NCBI GenBank assembly: GCA_963765495.1 | Contig: CAVXWP010000005.1 | Location: forward strand, 128,001-192,000 | Direction: 5' to 3' | Length of the DNA stretch: 64,000 nt | Source of the DNA: Blastocatellia bacterium | GTDB taxonomy: Bacteria > Acidobacteriota > Blastocatellia > UBA7656 | In this document: piece after piece, positions 11,977 through 22,134 of the stretch | Layout of the letters: every line of letters starts with the position of its first letter | How positions within the stretch are numbered: the stretch's first letter is position 1 | Program-made: the position numbers and the translations under genes | The notes under the pieces: model-generated | What the model saw: the letters and a program-made list of their open reading frames with translations, nothing else | The model's database searches: none | Told to the model about the DNA's origin: nothing

Positions 11977-13623
11977 GATGCCGGGCACAGGCAGACCGTT
12001 CAATTTGAGCACATCCGCTTTCTTGTTTGGCGGGAGTTCGGCGTAGAGTTCCGTGAAGGCCGCGTTTGTCCAGCCAAATCCTATTTCGTTTGAAGTGTAC
12101 CCGAATTTCAATCCGGCTCCGAGTTGAGAGGCGCGGCGCGTTACATCATATTTTTCCACTATCGTGTTGTGGGCTATAAATTCCTTGAGCACGAGCGAGA
12201 GGAAATTAGCCGATATGCGGTTGGCTTCCGCGTTGTAGCCATACTTTCGCAACCCCCAGACGGCGATCAATTGCAGGTTCCCCCAGCCGAAGGGCGCGTC
12301 CCACTGGCTGCCAGATACGTTGTTGCTGGTCGCTATGCCGCCCGGTTGCTCTAAAAGATGCAGGTTCGCCACTACGCGGGCCGCCTGTTTGCGGCTGGCA
12401 ATCCCCGCCCACAGAGGGTAAAACATCGTTGCGAACGGATAACGCCGCACGCGCTTTTCGACAAAATTATAGTCGTAATAGAGCCCGTCTTTTTCATCCC
12501 ACATCAGACGATTCATCCTGCGTTTGCGATCTTCGGCCCGGCGCAGCCAGACGCCCGCTTCGCGCCCCCGCCCGGCGAGTTTTAATATCTCTGCCGTCTC
12601 GGTCTCCATTATGTAAAGCAGCGAATTAAGACCCACGGGGTCGTAATGGATTATGTCTATGCTGAACGGCCCGTAACGATTCGAAGGGTCAAATCCCGAT
12701 TCGCGCATCGAGCGGTCGCTCTTGTAAAACAGCGGCGTAAGCTCGTCTTTTTCTTTGTCATAATACTGACTCAAATCGTAATCGGTGATGTCGTGCGTGC
12801 GGTAATACTCCTTCACTCGATCATAATGAGTTCGCCCTTCCGCATCGCGCTCATCCGATATGACCTCCGGGGCAGGCCCTTCGCCAAAATCGTAGTAACG
12901 CGACAGCCCGGTCTCTTTTGTCAGATGGGGCTCGGCCATCCAGAAGCGGTAATATTTTTCTATAGCCGGGATCGTACTTTTAAGCCACGCGCGGTCGTGC
13001 GTTTTGCGGTAAACTCCGAGGATCATCTGGGTCAAAAAGGGCGGCTGCGAGCGGTTCAGGTAATAAGTGCGGTTGGCATTCAATATCTTTCCGTAATGCT
13101 CTATCTGGTAGATGAAGTTGTCGGTCAGGTTTTTTGCCAGTTCCGTCTCATTGTCGCGAAGCAGCCCCACCTGAATAAAATAACTGTCCCACCCGTACAT
13201 TTCGTTGAAGCGGCCACCCGGCACTACGTAAGGATAAGGCAGGTAAAGAAGCCCCGGCTCCCGAATTTCGTTTATGTCGTCGGGCAATTGCCTGATTTCG
13301 ATCTTGTTGAAATCCGACGCCTGCATCTGCGTTCGCAAGCTCTCTCGCACCTTTTTGAGGTCTTCTTTTTGCGAGACATAGACAGGCCACTTCTCGCCCT
13401 CGGGCAGATGAAACTTTGGGTCAACGGCTGCGACGGCGAGCCGCGCATTCGAGCGCGCGAGCGTGTGCCAGCTATCTTTTATGTACTTTCTCGCGGCTTC
13501 GAGTTGCGCGCTCGTGGCCTTCCCGGATTGAGGCGCTGTGACGCCCGCTACCGAGACGGCAAGCAGTAACGAGATTATGATTGAGGAAAAAGAGAATTTC
13601 CTGAACTGTTTTTTCGCAGTCAT
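11971..13623 (-). CDS. Secreted trehalase (GH37)
   Basis: PGGRFNEMYGWDSY, RSQPP, RESGFD, QWDAPFGW, GFGWTN; signal peptide. Confidence 0.92.
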   Translation of the reverse strand: MTAKKQFRKFSFSSIIISLLLAVSVAGVTAPQSGKATSAQLEAARKYIKDSWHTLARSNARLAVAAVDPKFHLPEGEKWPVYVSQKEDLKKVRESLRTQMQASDFNKIEIRQLPDDINEIREPGLLYLPYPYVVPGGRFNEMYGWDSYFIQVGLLRDNETELAKNLTDNFIYQIEHYGKILNANRTYYLNRSQPPFLTQMILGVYRKTHDRAWLKSTIPAIEKYYRFWMAEPHLTKETGLSRYYDFGEGPAPEVISDERDAEGRTHYDRVKEYYRTHDITDYDLSQYYDKEKDELTPLFYKSDRSMRESGFDPSNRYGPFSIDIIHYDPVGLNSLLYIMETETAEILKLAGRGREAGVWLRRAEDRKRRMNRLMWDEKDGLYYDYNFVEKRVRRYPFATMFYPLWAGIASRKQAARVVANLHLLEQPGGIATSNNVSGSQWDAPFGWGNLQLIAVWGLRKYGYNAEANRISANFLSLVLKEFIAHNTIVEKYDVTRRASQLGAGLKFGYTSNEIGFGWTNAAFTELYAELPPNKKADVLKLNGLPVPGIK

Positions 13624-13686
13624 CCGTATGCCCTCCTGATTTGTTGGATTGTTTTGTGAGTCCGATGCTTTATCTTATAACAATTC

Positions 13687-15183
13687 TCAAGCTCTCTCTA
13701 GCGAGGCAGGGCGAAAACGATCCGTCAATCGCTTTATTCCCCTCCAGGCAAGCGCGCCCAGAAGCACCCAGACAACCGCCGCAAAGACGAATAAGAAGTA
13801 TTGCATCGGCAGCGTGTATCGAAACTCCGTATGCATGAAAGACTGAAAGATAAAGTAATAAAGCGGCACGGCGAAAAGAAAAAGGGCCCTGCGCCACGCG
13901 GCCAAAAACATGATCACGACTCCGATCATCACGAAGACTCGCATGGCCTCTTTCGTCACCCGTTGTAGCGGGCGTATGACCGCTCGCATCCAGCCGAGTT
14001 TCAAAGCAAAGGCCGGAACCGAACTGTCGGCAGCCACGGATTCCCACTGCGGTTTGACAGGCTCTACGGGCTGAAGCGACCCCGTCTGCGATTGTTTGTA
14101 AACAAGCGGCGCGTGAGCCGTGTATTTGACCATCTCGTTACACCTGTCAAGCATCACTCCCGCGTACCAGAATGGATGGCGCACGATTATGGCAAGGCTC
14201 TTTTTGACTCTATCGCGGTCGCGCATTATCCCGTCGGGCATAGACCACATTCCCGCATAATGCGGGTTGTTATAAATGATCGCCTCCTGCCGGGCTACCT
14301 CGTCGTCATAGGCAACTGCGCCGAAGCGGTCGCCGCTTGCATCGGCTATGCCTTCCCACAGCACGATGCCTGCGCCGATGTTTATCGGTACGAATTCGCC
14401 ATAAACTATATAGTTCTTGATAGTGATCGGAGCTATGACAAGAAAAGAGACCAGCGCCATAACGGCTCCGCGCTTCAAGACCGACATCCGGCGGATCGAA
14501 ATGACCACGAGGATGAGGATAAGAAAAGGCCCGATCAGCATGAGCTGGGACCTGAGCCACGCGGCGAGTCCGATCATCACTCCGGCCAGAATGTAAAGCC
14601 AGAAGGAATTGCGACCGCTCGGACGCAAAAGCACCACGACATAGACGGCCGCAAGCAGGGGAAGCGCCGCAACAGAATCGGGCAGTATGAAATTCGAGAT
14701 GTGCGAAAGCTGATGCGAAACGGCCGAAAGGAGACCCGATACGACGCCTACGCGCCAGCTTAAGAGCGAACCGGCAATCAGAAATATCAGAATCGGAGAA
14801 AGAGAATTCACTCCGTTTTGTATCACCTGAACTCGAAAAAAGTCTATGCCTGTGATCGAATAGATTCCGCTAAGAAAGACGGAATATCCCGGCGCTTGCG
14901 CAAGCCACCCGGTCCGGGACGGTTTTATATCGTAAGGACCGAGCAGCCCTTCGCCTTTCAGTATCGATACGGCGCGCGCGTGATAACCATCCGTGAGTCC
15001 CCCGAACGGTTGCTGATTAGTGTACATCACACTTGCGAGGTCTACGGCTTGAAGCGATTTCGTCACATAAGAGATGCCGAAGATCAACAGGGCAAACACG
15101 AGCTTTGTCCTGAGCGGCATCTGTTTTCCGGTAGCCAGATATGATGCGATCCATCGGCGAAAAGCAAAAAGTTTTAGATTCAA
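13687..15183 (-). CDS. Polytopic membrane protein, GT-C (ArnT/PMT-like) glycosyltransferase
   Basis: About 10 TM segments, APGYSVFL, WLR, NY...GEF, FRYTLP. Confidence 0.6.
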   Translation of the reverse strand: MNLKLFAFRRWIASYLATGKQMPLRTKLVFALLIFGISYVTKSLQAVDLASVMYTNQQPFGGLTDGYHARAVSILKGEGLLGPYDIKPSRTGWLAQAPGYSVFLSGIYSITGIDFFRVQVIQNGVNSLSPILIFLIAGSLLSWRVGVVSGLLSAVSHQLSHISNFILPDSVAALPLLAAVYVVVLLRPSGRNSFWLYILAGVMIGLAAWLRSQLMLIGPFLILILVVISIRRMSVLKRGAVMALVSFLVIAPITIKNYIVYGEFVPINIGAGIVLWEGIADASGDRFGAVAYDDEVARQEAIIYNNPHYAGMWSMPDGIMRDRDRVKKSLAIIVRHPFWYAGVMLDRCNEMVKYTAHAPLVYKQSQTGSLQPVEPVKPQWESVAADSSVPAFALKLGWMRAVIRPLQRVTKEAMRVFVMIGVVIMFLAAWRRALFLFAVPLYYFIFQSFMHTEFRYTLPMQYFLFVFAAVVWVLLGALAWRGIKRLTDRFRPASLERA

Positions 15184-15512
15184 TACTGACTTTCCTCGCG
15201 TCGCGCCATGCGTGACGAGCTTCGGATTTTTTGACAGGGTCTTTTACTCCTCACGCATCAACGCATTGAGTTGGTGAGTGAGGATGATAAAGCGGAACAG
15301 ACGCTACAGGCAAGCAAGCCTTTCCGCGTTTTTCTGGAAGGCGCGCCCCATTTACCATATATATCAGTCGTGGCTGAGGTTGGTTCAGCCGGTGAAAATC
15401 CTGGGTTTCTTTCTTCGATTTTTTTGCCTTTGATCGGCGCTCGCGCGGAATCGCTCACCGGGGCGAATTCAAATCGCGAGCGCCATTTTGCATTTCAGCG
15501 AGGTTTTTAAGG

Positions 15513-16916
15513 ATGCGAATTTACAAACTTCTGGCTCTCACGGTGATGATGTTTCTAAGCTGTGCGATTCTGTTTGCGCCGAAAGGCTCGGCCGCCCGAA
15601 GCGCGACCGCTACGGCCTTTGATCAACTCGATGATGATCTGTCAGCCGCGTTGACCGAGGCCGGATTTACCGGAAACATCGAGGCGACGCTTGAACAGAG
15701 GCTTGGCCGTCCCATAAATCAGAAACGCGCCGAGCTTGGCCGACTCTTGTTTTTCGATCCCGTATTGAGTCTGCATCAGGATAGTAGTTGCGCCAGTTGT
15801 CACTCTCCCACCACAGGTTTCGGCGATACGCAGGCAATCGCCATCGGCATAAACAATAACGGCTTTGTGGGACCAGACCGGGGCGGCCCGCGTAATCAGC
15901 GCCGCGCCCCCACAGTCATCAATGCCGCCTTCTACCCAAATTTGATGTGGAACTCGCGCTTTGTCGCGCTCTCAGGCGACCCGTTCGACAACAGTAACGG
16001 ATTTAGCTTTCCCGAGCCGGAAGGGCGCAGCCTTTCGCGTCTGCCGCATCTGCTGGCCGCTCAGGCATTCATCCCGCCTACGGTCGCGGTCGAGATGACC
16101 GGGTTTGATTTTCAGGGAGACAGTTTCGCCGTTCGAGACGAGGTCTTAAGGCGCGTCACCGCAATCAAGAAGTACAGGAAACTTTTCAAGAAAGCCTTTC
16201 CCGAAGTGAAACGCGGCGCTCCCGTTACCTACGATATGATCGGAGAGGCGATTGCCGAATTCGAATTTACGCTTGTATTTGCAAACGCGCCGCTAGACAG
16301 GTTTGCGCGCGGAGAGACAACCGCGATGACTGAAAAACAGAAAAGAGGCGCGCTGTTGTTTTTCGGCAAAGCACAATGCATAACGTGTCACGCGGTTTCG
16401 GGCCAATCAAACGAGATGTTCAGCGACTTCACTCCGCGAGTGGTCGGTGTCCCGCAGATCGTGCCTATGGTGAGCAATGTGAAATTTGACGGTCCCGGCA
16501 TGGATGAAGACTTTGGATTAGAGCAGGTCACGGGTGACGCGGCAGACCGCTACAAGTTTCGCACAGCGCCCTTGAGAAACCTGTCGGTGCAGTCGGCCTT
16601 TTTTCACAACGGCGTTTTCAGTTCGCTCTATGACACGATACAGCACTATCGCCACGTTTTTGAGTCCGCGCGAAGCTTTGAAGGCGCAAGAAGAGAGACG
16701 TTTTTCGCGGGTCCGATAGAACCTGTCCTTGAGCGAGTTCCCGATATTCTAAATCCGGGGATACAGATAAACGACGAAGAATTTGAAGAAGTATTGGAGT
16801 TCGTCCGCAACGGATTGCTCGACCCGCGCGCGCGGCCCGAGAACCTGCGCAGCCTGATACCCGATTCGGTCCCGAGCGGATTGCCACTGCCTGTATTCGA
16901 GCAACCGAATTTTTGA
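15513..16916 (+). CDS. Di-heme cytochrome c peroxidase/MauG-family protein
   Basis: Signal peptide, LGRLLFFD, CASCH and CITCH heme motifs, FRTAPLRN. Confidence 0.88.
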   Translation: MRIYKLLALTVMMFLSCAILFAPKGSAARSATATAFDQLDDDLSAALTEAGFTGNIEATLEQRLGRPINQKRAELGRLLFFDPVLSLHQDSSCASCHSPTTGFGDTQAIAIGINNNGFVGPDRGGPRNQRRAPTVINAAFYPNLMWNSRFVALSGDPFDNSNGFSFPEPEGRSLSRLPHLLAAQAFIPPTVAVEMTGFDFQGDSFAVRDEVLRRVTAIKKYRKLFKKAFPEVKRGAPVTYDMIGEAIAEFEFTLVFANAPLDRFARGETTAMTEKQKRGALLFFGKAQCITCHAVSGQSNEMFSDFTPRVVGVPQIVPMVSNVKFDGPGMDEDFGLEQVTGDAADRYKFRTAPLRNLSVQSAFFHNGVFSSLYDTIQHYRHVFESARSFEGARRETFFAGPIEPVLERVPDILNPGIQINDEEFEEVLEFVRNGLLDPRARPENLRSLIPDSVPSGLPLPVFEQPNF

Positions 16917-16979
16917 CAGGATTAACGGGATTTTGATGGATTGAACAAGATTTCTTTCAATCCTGTTAATCCTGTCAAA
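16912..16979. repeat. Inverted repeat of 9-nt units (GACAGGATT / AATCCTGT) between convergent genes; possible bidirectional terminator
   Basis: tttgacaggattaacgggatt ... aatcctgttaatcctgtcaaa; contains the peroxidase TGA stop. Confidence 0.75.
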
Positions 16980-16987
16980 GTCTTTAT

Positions 16988-17545
16988 TCAGGCGCTCTTG
17001 ACCAGCGCGTTTTGCGGGCGGGCAAAGACGCGATCAATCATCGGCTCAAAGTGCGAGAGCGGCAACGTGTCGTATTCGGGATCAAACGACGCCTGATCCC
17101 ATTCGTCTGTAAATTTCGTAGCCATCTCATACCACGGCTGGTCGGCGTATTGCCTGCGCGCATCGGGGTCTTTTCCCATCAATGCATAATAATGCCGCCC
17201 CTGAAAATCCTGGTGCGTTCGAACTACCTCGTAAGTCTCCGTTGAAACATACGGCTTGAGAATCTCGGCGGCAATCGCCGGATGGTTTTCGACCGAGATG
17301 ACTTTGCCTATGTCGTGACACAGAGCGGCAACGATCATCTCTTCCGACGCCCCTTCGCACAGAGCGCGTGTAGCGGTTTGCAGGGCGTGCTGAAGCTGGT
17401 TTATAGCGAAGCCGTCTACCTGTTGCTCGAGTTGCCGGAGCATGGATTTGATCATAGCGGGCTGTCGGGATTGACGCTCGCCGACAGCTTTAGCTATTAC
17501 CATCCAATCTTCTACCAGTCCTTGATCCATTCTTGTGAAAGCCAT
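16988..17545 (-). CDS. HD-domain metalloprotein (PhnZ-like subgroup)
   Basis: QLQHALQTA, AALCHDIGK, NH, THQDFQG; start MAFTRMD after an AAGGAG RBS. Confidence 0.82.
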   Translation of the reverse strand: MAFTRMDQGLVEDWMVIAKAVGERQSRQPAMIKSMLRQLEQQVDGFAINQLQHALQTATRALCEGASEEMIVAALCHDIGKVISVENHPAIAAEILKPYVSTETYEVVRTHQDFQGRHYYALMGKDPDARRQYADQPWYEMATKFTDEWDQASFDPEYDTLPLSHFEPMIDRVFARPQNALVKSA

Positions 17546-17568
17546 GATACTCTCCTTAAATACATAAA

Positions 17569-19260
17569 TCAGATTTCGATCCCGCCGAGACGTCCGCCCG
17601 ATTTCGGCTGAGGCTTGACCAAAAGCGCGCCGCTTTCTGCGCGCCTCGATCTTTCGCGCTCCGAATGCCATCTGGCCCATTCGTCCGGCGCGTCAATCGT
17701 TTCGCCTCCGTGACGTGTCAGCCGTTTTCGAACCTGGCACATCACGGGAGTGTTTATGGCTACGCCCGATACTATCACCTGCCCCTTGGTGAGCGCGGGC
17801 AACTCGTCGAGCATGCGACGGCCCGCGCCTTCGACCGTCTTTGCGATGGTATCCTGATCTATCGGATTTACTATTCGCATTATGAATTGCGTCATGCACT
17901 GCGAAAGCACATCGGAGTCGAGTTTGCCCGGTCTTTGCGTGATCAGCCCTATGCCCAATCCGAACTTGCGCCCTTCGGACAGAATCTGTTTCAACACATT
18001 GGTAGAGACTACGGTTTGACCGGCGGGCGCAAACCTATGCGCCTCTTCGAGAAGAACGAAAACCGGATAAGGCAGATAACGCTCGTCCGAAGAGCTTGTC
18101 ACATCGCCTTTGTGTGTGGCCATGCGCGCAAGAATCGCGCGGCGCAGCAGTGTGCCTACGATGACCTGCTGTTCGTTCTGGTCGATGTCTACGAGTTGAA
18201 GTACGGTGCACTGACCCGGACGGAAAAGCTCTTCAAGCGCGTTGTGCTCGTGATCGGAAAAAATCTGGTGCTTGCTGTAGCCTCGGAAGCGATTGTTCAA
18301 CCTCCATTCGAGCGCGTCTATCGTAGCCACATTGCCGCCCGAGCGGTCGCTCTTTTCGTCTCCGTATCGCTGTTCGGCCACCGCATCCATCAAATCCTGA
18401 ATGGCGTAATGCCCGTGCTTGCCCGCGCTTGAGCGAACCTGGCGAAACGCTTCGCCAAGCGAGTATTTCATCTTCTCTGAAATGTCCTGGAGCAGATAAC
18501 AGATGTCGGCAAATTCAAGGGAATCAAATCTGACCTTGACGCGTTCGGGCCGCAGAATCTTTACTTCGGGTTCATACCCCCGGGCGCAGAAGTAGTCTTT
18601 GAATTGCGGTTGTTTGATCTCTTGCAAGGTGTCGTATTCGCCGTGCGGGTCTACGACGAGCACGGCCGAGCGATTCTCAGGCTTCATCAACTCTTCTACA
18701 AGGACCGAGGCCGTATAGCTTTTTCCCGCGCCGGTCGAGGCGAGAACCGCAAGGTGTGTCGAGGCTATATCTTTGACCGAAAGGACCACGGGCACTTCTC
18801 CCGCCTGCCGGGTGAGCAGGCTGCCGATGTGGGCCGCGCCCTGCTCGCCTCGCTGTTTAGGAGAGAGCACTCCGGCAAGCATATCTGAGGGCGCGAGGTA
18901 GACGATCTGCCCGGGCGTGGGCGGTATGCGCGGGTTCACGAAATCAGAAAGCTCATCATCAAAATAGCCGATCACGGAAACCAGTATCTCGAAAAGCTCA
19001 AGCCGCTGCTCTTCAAGCCCTATCATGCGGGCGATGGAAGCGGGCGGTATCGAGGGGTCTGCCAGGAAACTTTCGGGCAGAGAACGTATGAGATTCCGTT
19101 CGGTGATATTGCCAATTATCCGGTGCTCGGCGCGCGCGTTCGCCACGTGGTAATAGATGAACTCGCCGACGCGCGTGTGTTCGTTATCGGTCGTGATAAA
19201 GACAAACTCGTTCGGTTTCTCACCCGGACCCTTGACTGTGCCTACCAGTGTGTCGGACAT
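17569..19260 (-). CDS. HerA-family ATPase (HAS-barrel plus DUF87-type P-loop)
   Basis: HLAVLASTGAGKS, DPHGEY, LEEAHRFAP, EGRKFG, TQRP, NPIDQ. Confidence 0.88.
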   Translation of the reverse strand: MSDTLVGTVKGPGEKPNEFVFITTDNEHTRVGEFIYYHVANARAEHRIIGNITERNLIRSLPESFLADPSIPPASIARMIGLEEQRLELFEILVSVIGYFDDELSDFVNPRIPPTPGQIVYLAPSDMLAGVLSPKQRGEQGAAHIGSLLTRQAGEVPVVLSVKDIASTHLAVLASTGAGKSYTASVLVEELMKPENRSAVLVVDPHGEYDTLQEIKQPQFKDYFCARGYEPEVKILRPERVKVRFDSLEFADICYLLQDISEKMKYSLGEAFRQVRSSAGKHGHYAIQDLMDAVAEQRYGDEKSDRSGGNVATIDALEWRLNNRFRGYSKHQIFSDHEHNALEELFRPGQCTVLQLVDIDQNEQQVIVGTLLRRAILARMATHKGDVTSSSDERYLPYPVFVLLEEAHRFAPAGQTVVSTNVLKQILSEGRKFGLGIGLITQRPGKLDSDVLSQCMTQFIMRIVNPIDQDTIAKTVEGAGRRMLDELPALTKGQVIVSGVAINTPVMCQVRKRLTRHGGETIDAPDEWARWHSERERSRRAESGALLVKPQPKSGGRLGGIEI

Positions 19261-19361
19261 TAACTTTGCCTTTGAATTTGTACCTGCCGGAACGCCGTAA
19301 GCTTCGGATTCCTACGGCGCTCACTATAGCATAGTGACAGCCGAAGGGTGTAGTTCACAGA

Positions 19362-20662
19362 TGATGACGGAATTATTAATCACAGGCGCAAACCAGATTA
19401 TCACGCTCGCAGGCCCGGCGCGGGCTCGCACAGGCCGCGAGATGCGCGAGCTTGCGATTATAGACGGGGGCGCGGTATTTGTGCGCGACGGGCTCATAAT
19501 CGCCGCCGGGCCGTCGCAGAAAATCGAATCGCAGGCCGGCCCCGCCTCAGTGCGCATAAACGCGGAGGGGCGCGTGGTGATGCCCGGGTTTATAGACGCG
19601 CACACGCATCCGGTCTTTGCCGGGACGCGAGAAGACGAATACGAAATGCGCGCCGAAGGATTCACCTATCAAGAGATCGCAGAAAGGGGCGGCGGTATCA
19701 GGTCTACGGTCAGGAAGACCCGCGCGGCAAGCGCGGAAGAGTTGTTTGAGTCGGCCTTGCCGCGCATCAGATGGATGCTCGAACACGGCACGACGACCAT
19801 AGAAGCCAAGAGCGGATACGGATTGACGCTCGAAGACGAATTAAAAATCCTCCGCGTCATCCGAAGGCTCGACCGCGAAACCCCGCTCGAACTTGTCCCC
19901 ACCTTTCTGGGCGCGCACGAAATCCCGGACGAGTATAGATGCGCCAGAGGCACAGGTCCGGCGCGCGAAGATTACATCCGTCTGGTTGTGGACGAAATGC
20001 TGCCGCGAGTGGCAAAAGAAGGGCTGGCCGAATACGCCGACATCTTTTGCGAGTCGCACGTTTTCACCGTGGACGAATCGCGCCGCGTGCTCGAACGCGC
20101 GAAAGAGCTTGGACTGGGCATCAGGTTTCACGCAGACCAGTTGACCCTGTGCGGAGGCGGCAGGCTTGCGGCAGAGCTTGAGGCTGTGTCTGCCGATCAT
20201 CTGGAATGTATAGACGAAGGTGGAATAGAAGCGCTTTGCCGGGCTGGTGTACTGGCGGTGCTGCTGCCGGGCGCGGTCTTCAATCTGGGGCTTGCGCGTT
20301 ATGCGCCCGCTCGACAGATGATCGAATCTGGTCTCGGCGTGGTGCTTGCGACCGATTTCAATCCCGGCAGTTCGCCTACTCCTTCCATGCAGATGATACT
20401 TTCAATCGCCTGCGCGCAGATGCGCATGACTCCTGCCGAGGCGGTGACTGCCGCAACCATCAACGCGGCTTACAGCCTGAGTCGCGGCGACCGCCTCGGC
20501 TCGATTGAAGCGGGCAAACAGGCCGATCTCGTAGTTTATGATTGCCCGGATTACCGACAGATACCTTATCTGTTCGGCATCAATCACGTCTCAACCGTGA
20601 TCAAAACGGGAAAGATCGTGATAGACAGACGCAGTGGCGCAAGCGTATCGGCAGGCGAATGA
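19362..20662 (+). CDS. hutI: Imidazolonepropionase
   Basis: PGFIDAHTH, GGGIRSTV, EAKSGYGL, HADQL, DFNPGSSP. Confidence 0.93.
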
Positions 20663-20728
20663 CCGGGTTGTAGATAATCAATTTGTACAGGGCGCTTCAC
20701 ATCATTACATTATCTGAGGAGGGTTGAG

Positions 20729-21700
20729 ATGAATTATCGACGATTCGGACGCAGGGGATGGATGGTCAGCGAAATGGGGTACGGGATGTGGGGCATGGGC
20801 GGGTGGACCGGCTCGGATGATGAGGAGTCGCTTCGGGCTTTACAGCGCGGGGTGGATCTCGGCTGCAATTTCTTTGACACCGCGTGGGCTTACGGCGAGG
20901 GACACAGCGAAGGCTTGCTCGGCCAGCTTGTAAGAGACAATCCTGATAGCAGGCTTTATACGGCTACGAAAATACCGCCAAAGAATCGCAAGTGGCCTTC
21001 GCGGCGCGAGCATTCGCTCGACGATTGTTATCCGCCCGATCATATCGAAGAGTATGTTCACCGGAGCCTTGAAAATTCCGGCCTTGAAAGCTTTGACCTT
21101 GTGCAGTTTCATACCTGGGAAGACCAATGGGTCGAAGATGACCGGTGGTTTAAGAAGATGGATGATTTGCGCGGGCAGAAACTTCTTCACGCAATCGGCA
21201 TCAGCATAAACCGATGGGAGCCGTGGAACGGAGTGGGAGCGGTCAAGAGCAATCTGATTGACGCGGTTCAGGTGATCTACAACATATTCGATCAAAATCC
21301 CGAAGACGAATTGTTCCCGGCCTGCCGCGAAGCAGACGTGGCCGTGATAGCGCGCGTGCCCTTTGATGAAGGCACGCTCACGGGAAATCTGACCAGAGAG
21401 AGTAGCTGGCCCGAAGGCGACTGGCGCAATACTTATTTTGTCCCCGAAAACCTTAACGCAAGCGTAGACCGCGCCGACCGCCTCAAGCCTCTTGTGCCGC
21501 AAGGGATGACCATGCCCGAGATGGCCCTGCGCTTTATACTCAATAATCCTGTGGTCAGCACTATCATTCCGGGCATGCGCAAAATCCGACACGTCGAATC
21601 AAACATTGCCGCAAGCGATGCGGGGCCTCTGCCTGATGATCTGCGCGAGAAGCTCGGCGCACACAGATGGGACAGGAAACCTACCACGTGGTCACAATAA
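20729..21700 (+). CDS. Aldo/keto reductase
   Basis: GYGMWGMG, FFDTAWAYG, QVIYNIFDQ, IIPGMR. Confidence 0.92.
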   Translation: MNYRRFGRRGWMVSEMGYGMWGMGGWTGSDDEESLRALQRGVDLGCNFFDTAWAYGEGHSEGLLGQLVRDNPDSRLYTATKIPPKNRKWPSRREHSLDDCYPPDHIEEYVHRSLENSGLESFDLVQFHTWEDQWVEDDRWFKKMDDLRGQKLLHAIGISINRWEPWNGVGAVKSNLIDAVQVIYNIFDQNPEDELFPACREADVAVIARVPFDEGTLTGNLTRESSWPEGDWRNTYFVPENLNASVDRADRLKPLVPQGMTMPEMALRFILNNPVVSTIIPGMRKIRHVESNIAASDAGPLPDDLREKLGAHRWDRKPTTWSQ

Positions 21701-21760
21701 ATTTGACGGGGAGATGAAAGGGAGAAGAGAGTTAAGAAAGGGGAGGACCTGTGTTAAAGG

Positions 21761-21991
21761 TTAGTTTCGGCAACTGGCCAGACACTCTCTGAGATGTTCT
21801 TTAACTTCGCGCAGGCACTCTCTTCGTTGCGGCTCTGGAAGCTGTCGGCATCTTGATTTAGCCTGCTCGGCCTGCGCCCGGCATCGTCGGGCGCACGCTC
21901 TGTCGCGGCCTTCCTGCACCGAAGCCTGAGATGAAATGATTCCTCCCAGACAGAACAGACAGATGATCAGTATCATTTGTATTTTTCTCAT
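21761..21991 (-). CDS. Small secreted Cys-rich helical protein
   Basis: AAAGGAG RBS, signal peptide, six mature Cys spaced 3-10-10-10-3. Confidence 0.7.
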   Translation of the reverse strand: MRKIQMILIICLFCLGGIISSQASVQEGRDRACARRCRAQAEQAKSRCRQLPEPQRRECLREVKEHLRECLASCRN

Positions 21992-22134
21992 GTCACAAAT
22001 CTCCTTTCATGGTTGTTGCGGATCGTTGATCGAACGGAGTTTTCGACCACACACCTATTTGACGCGGGAAAAAACACGATGGTCTGAATTATTTCAGACG
22101 GGCGGGACCGGGACGGGTAGCGCCCCGGTCGATT

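Noticed and set aside
12646-13569. Long antisense or alternate-frame ORFs (also 25951-26805, 31488-32360, 48355-49230, 17665-18432)
   Set aside because: They shadow well-supported genes in GC-rich DNA and show no recognisable motifs.
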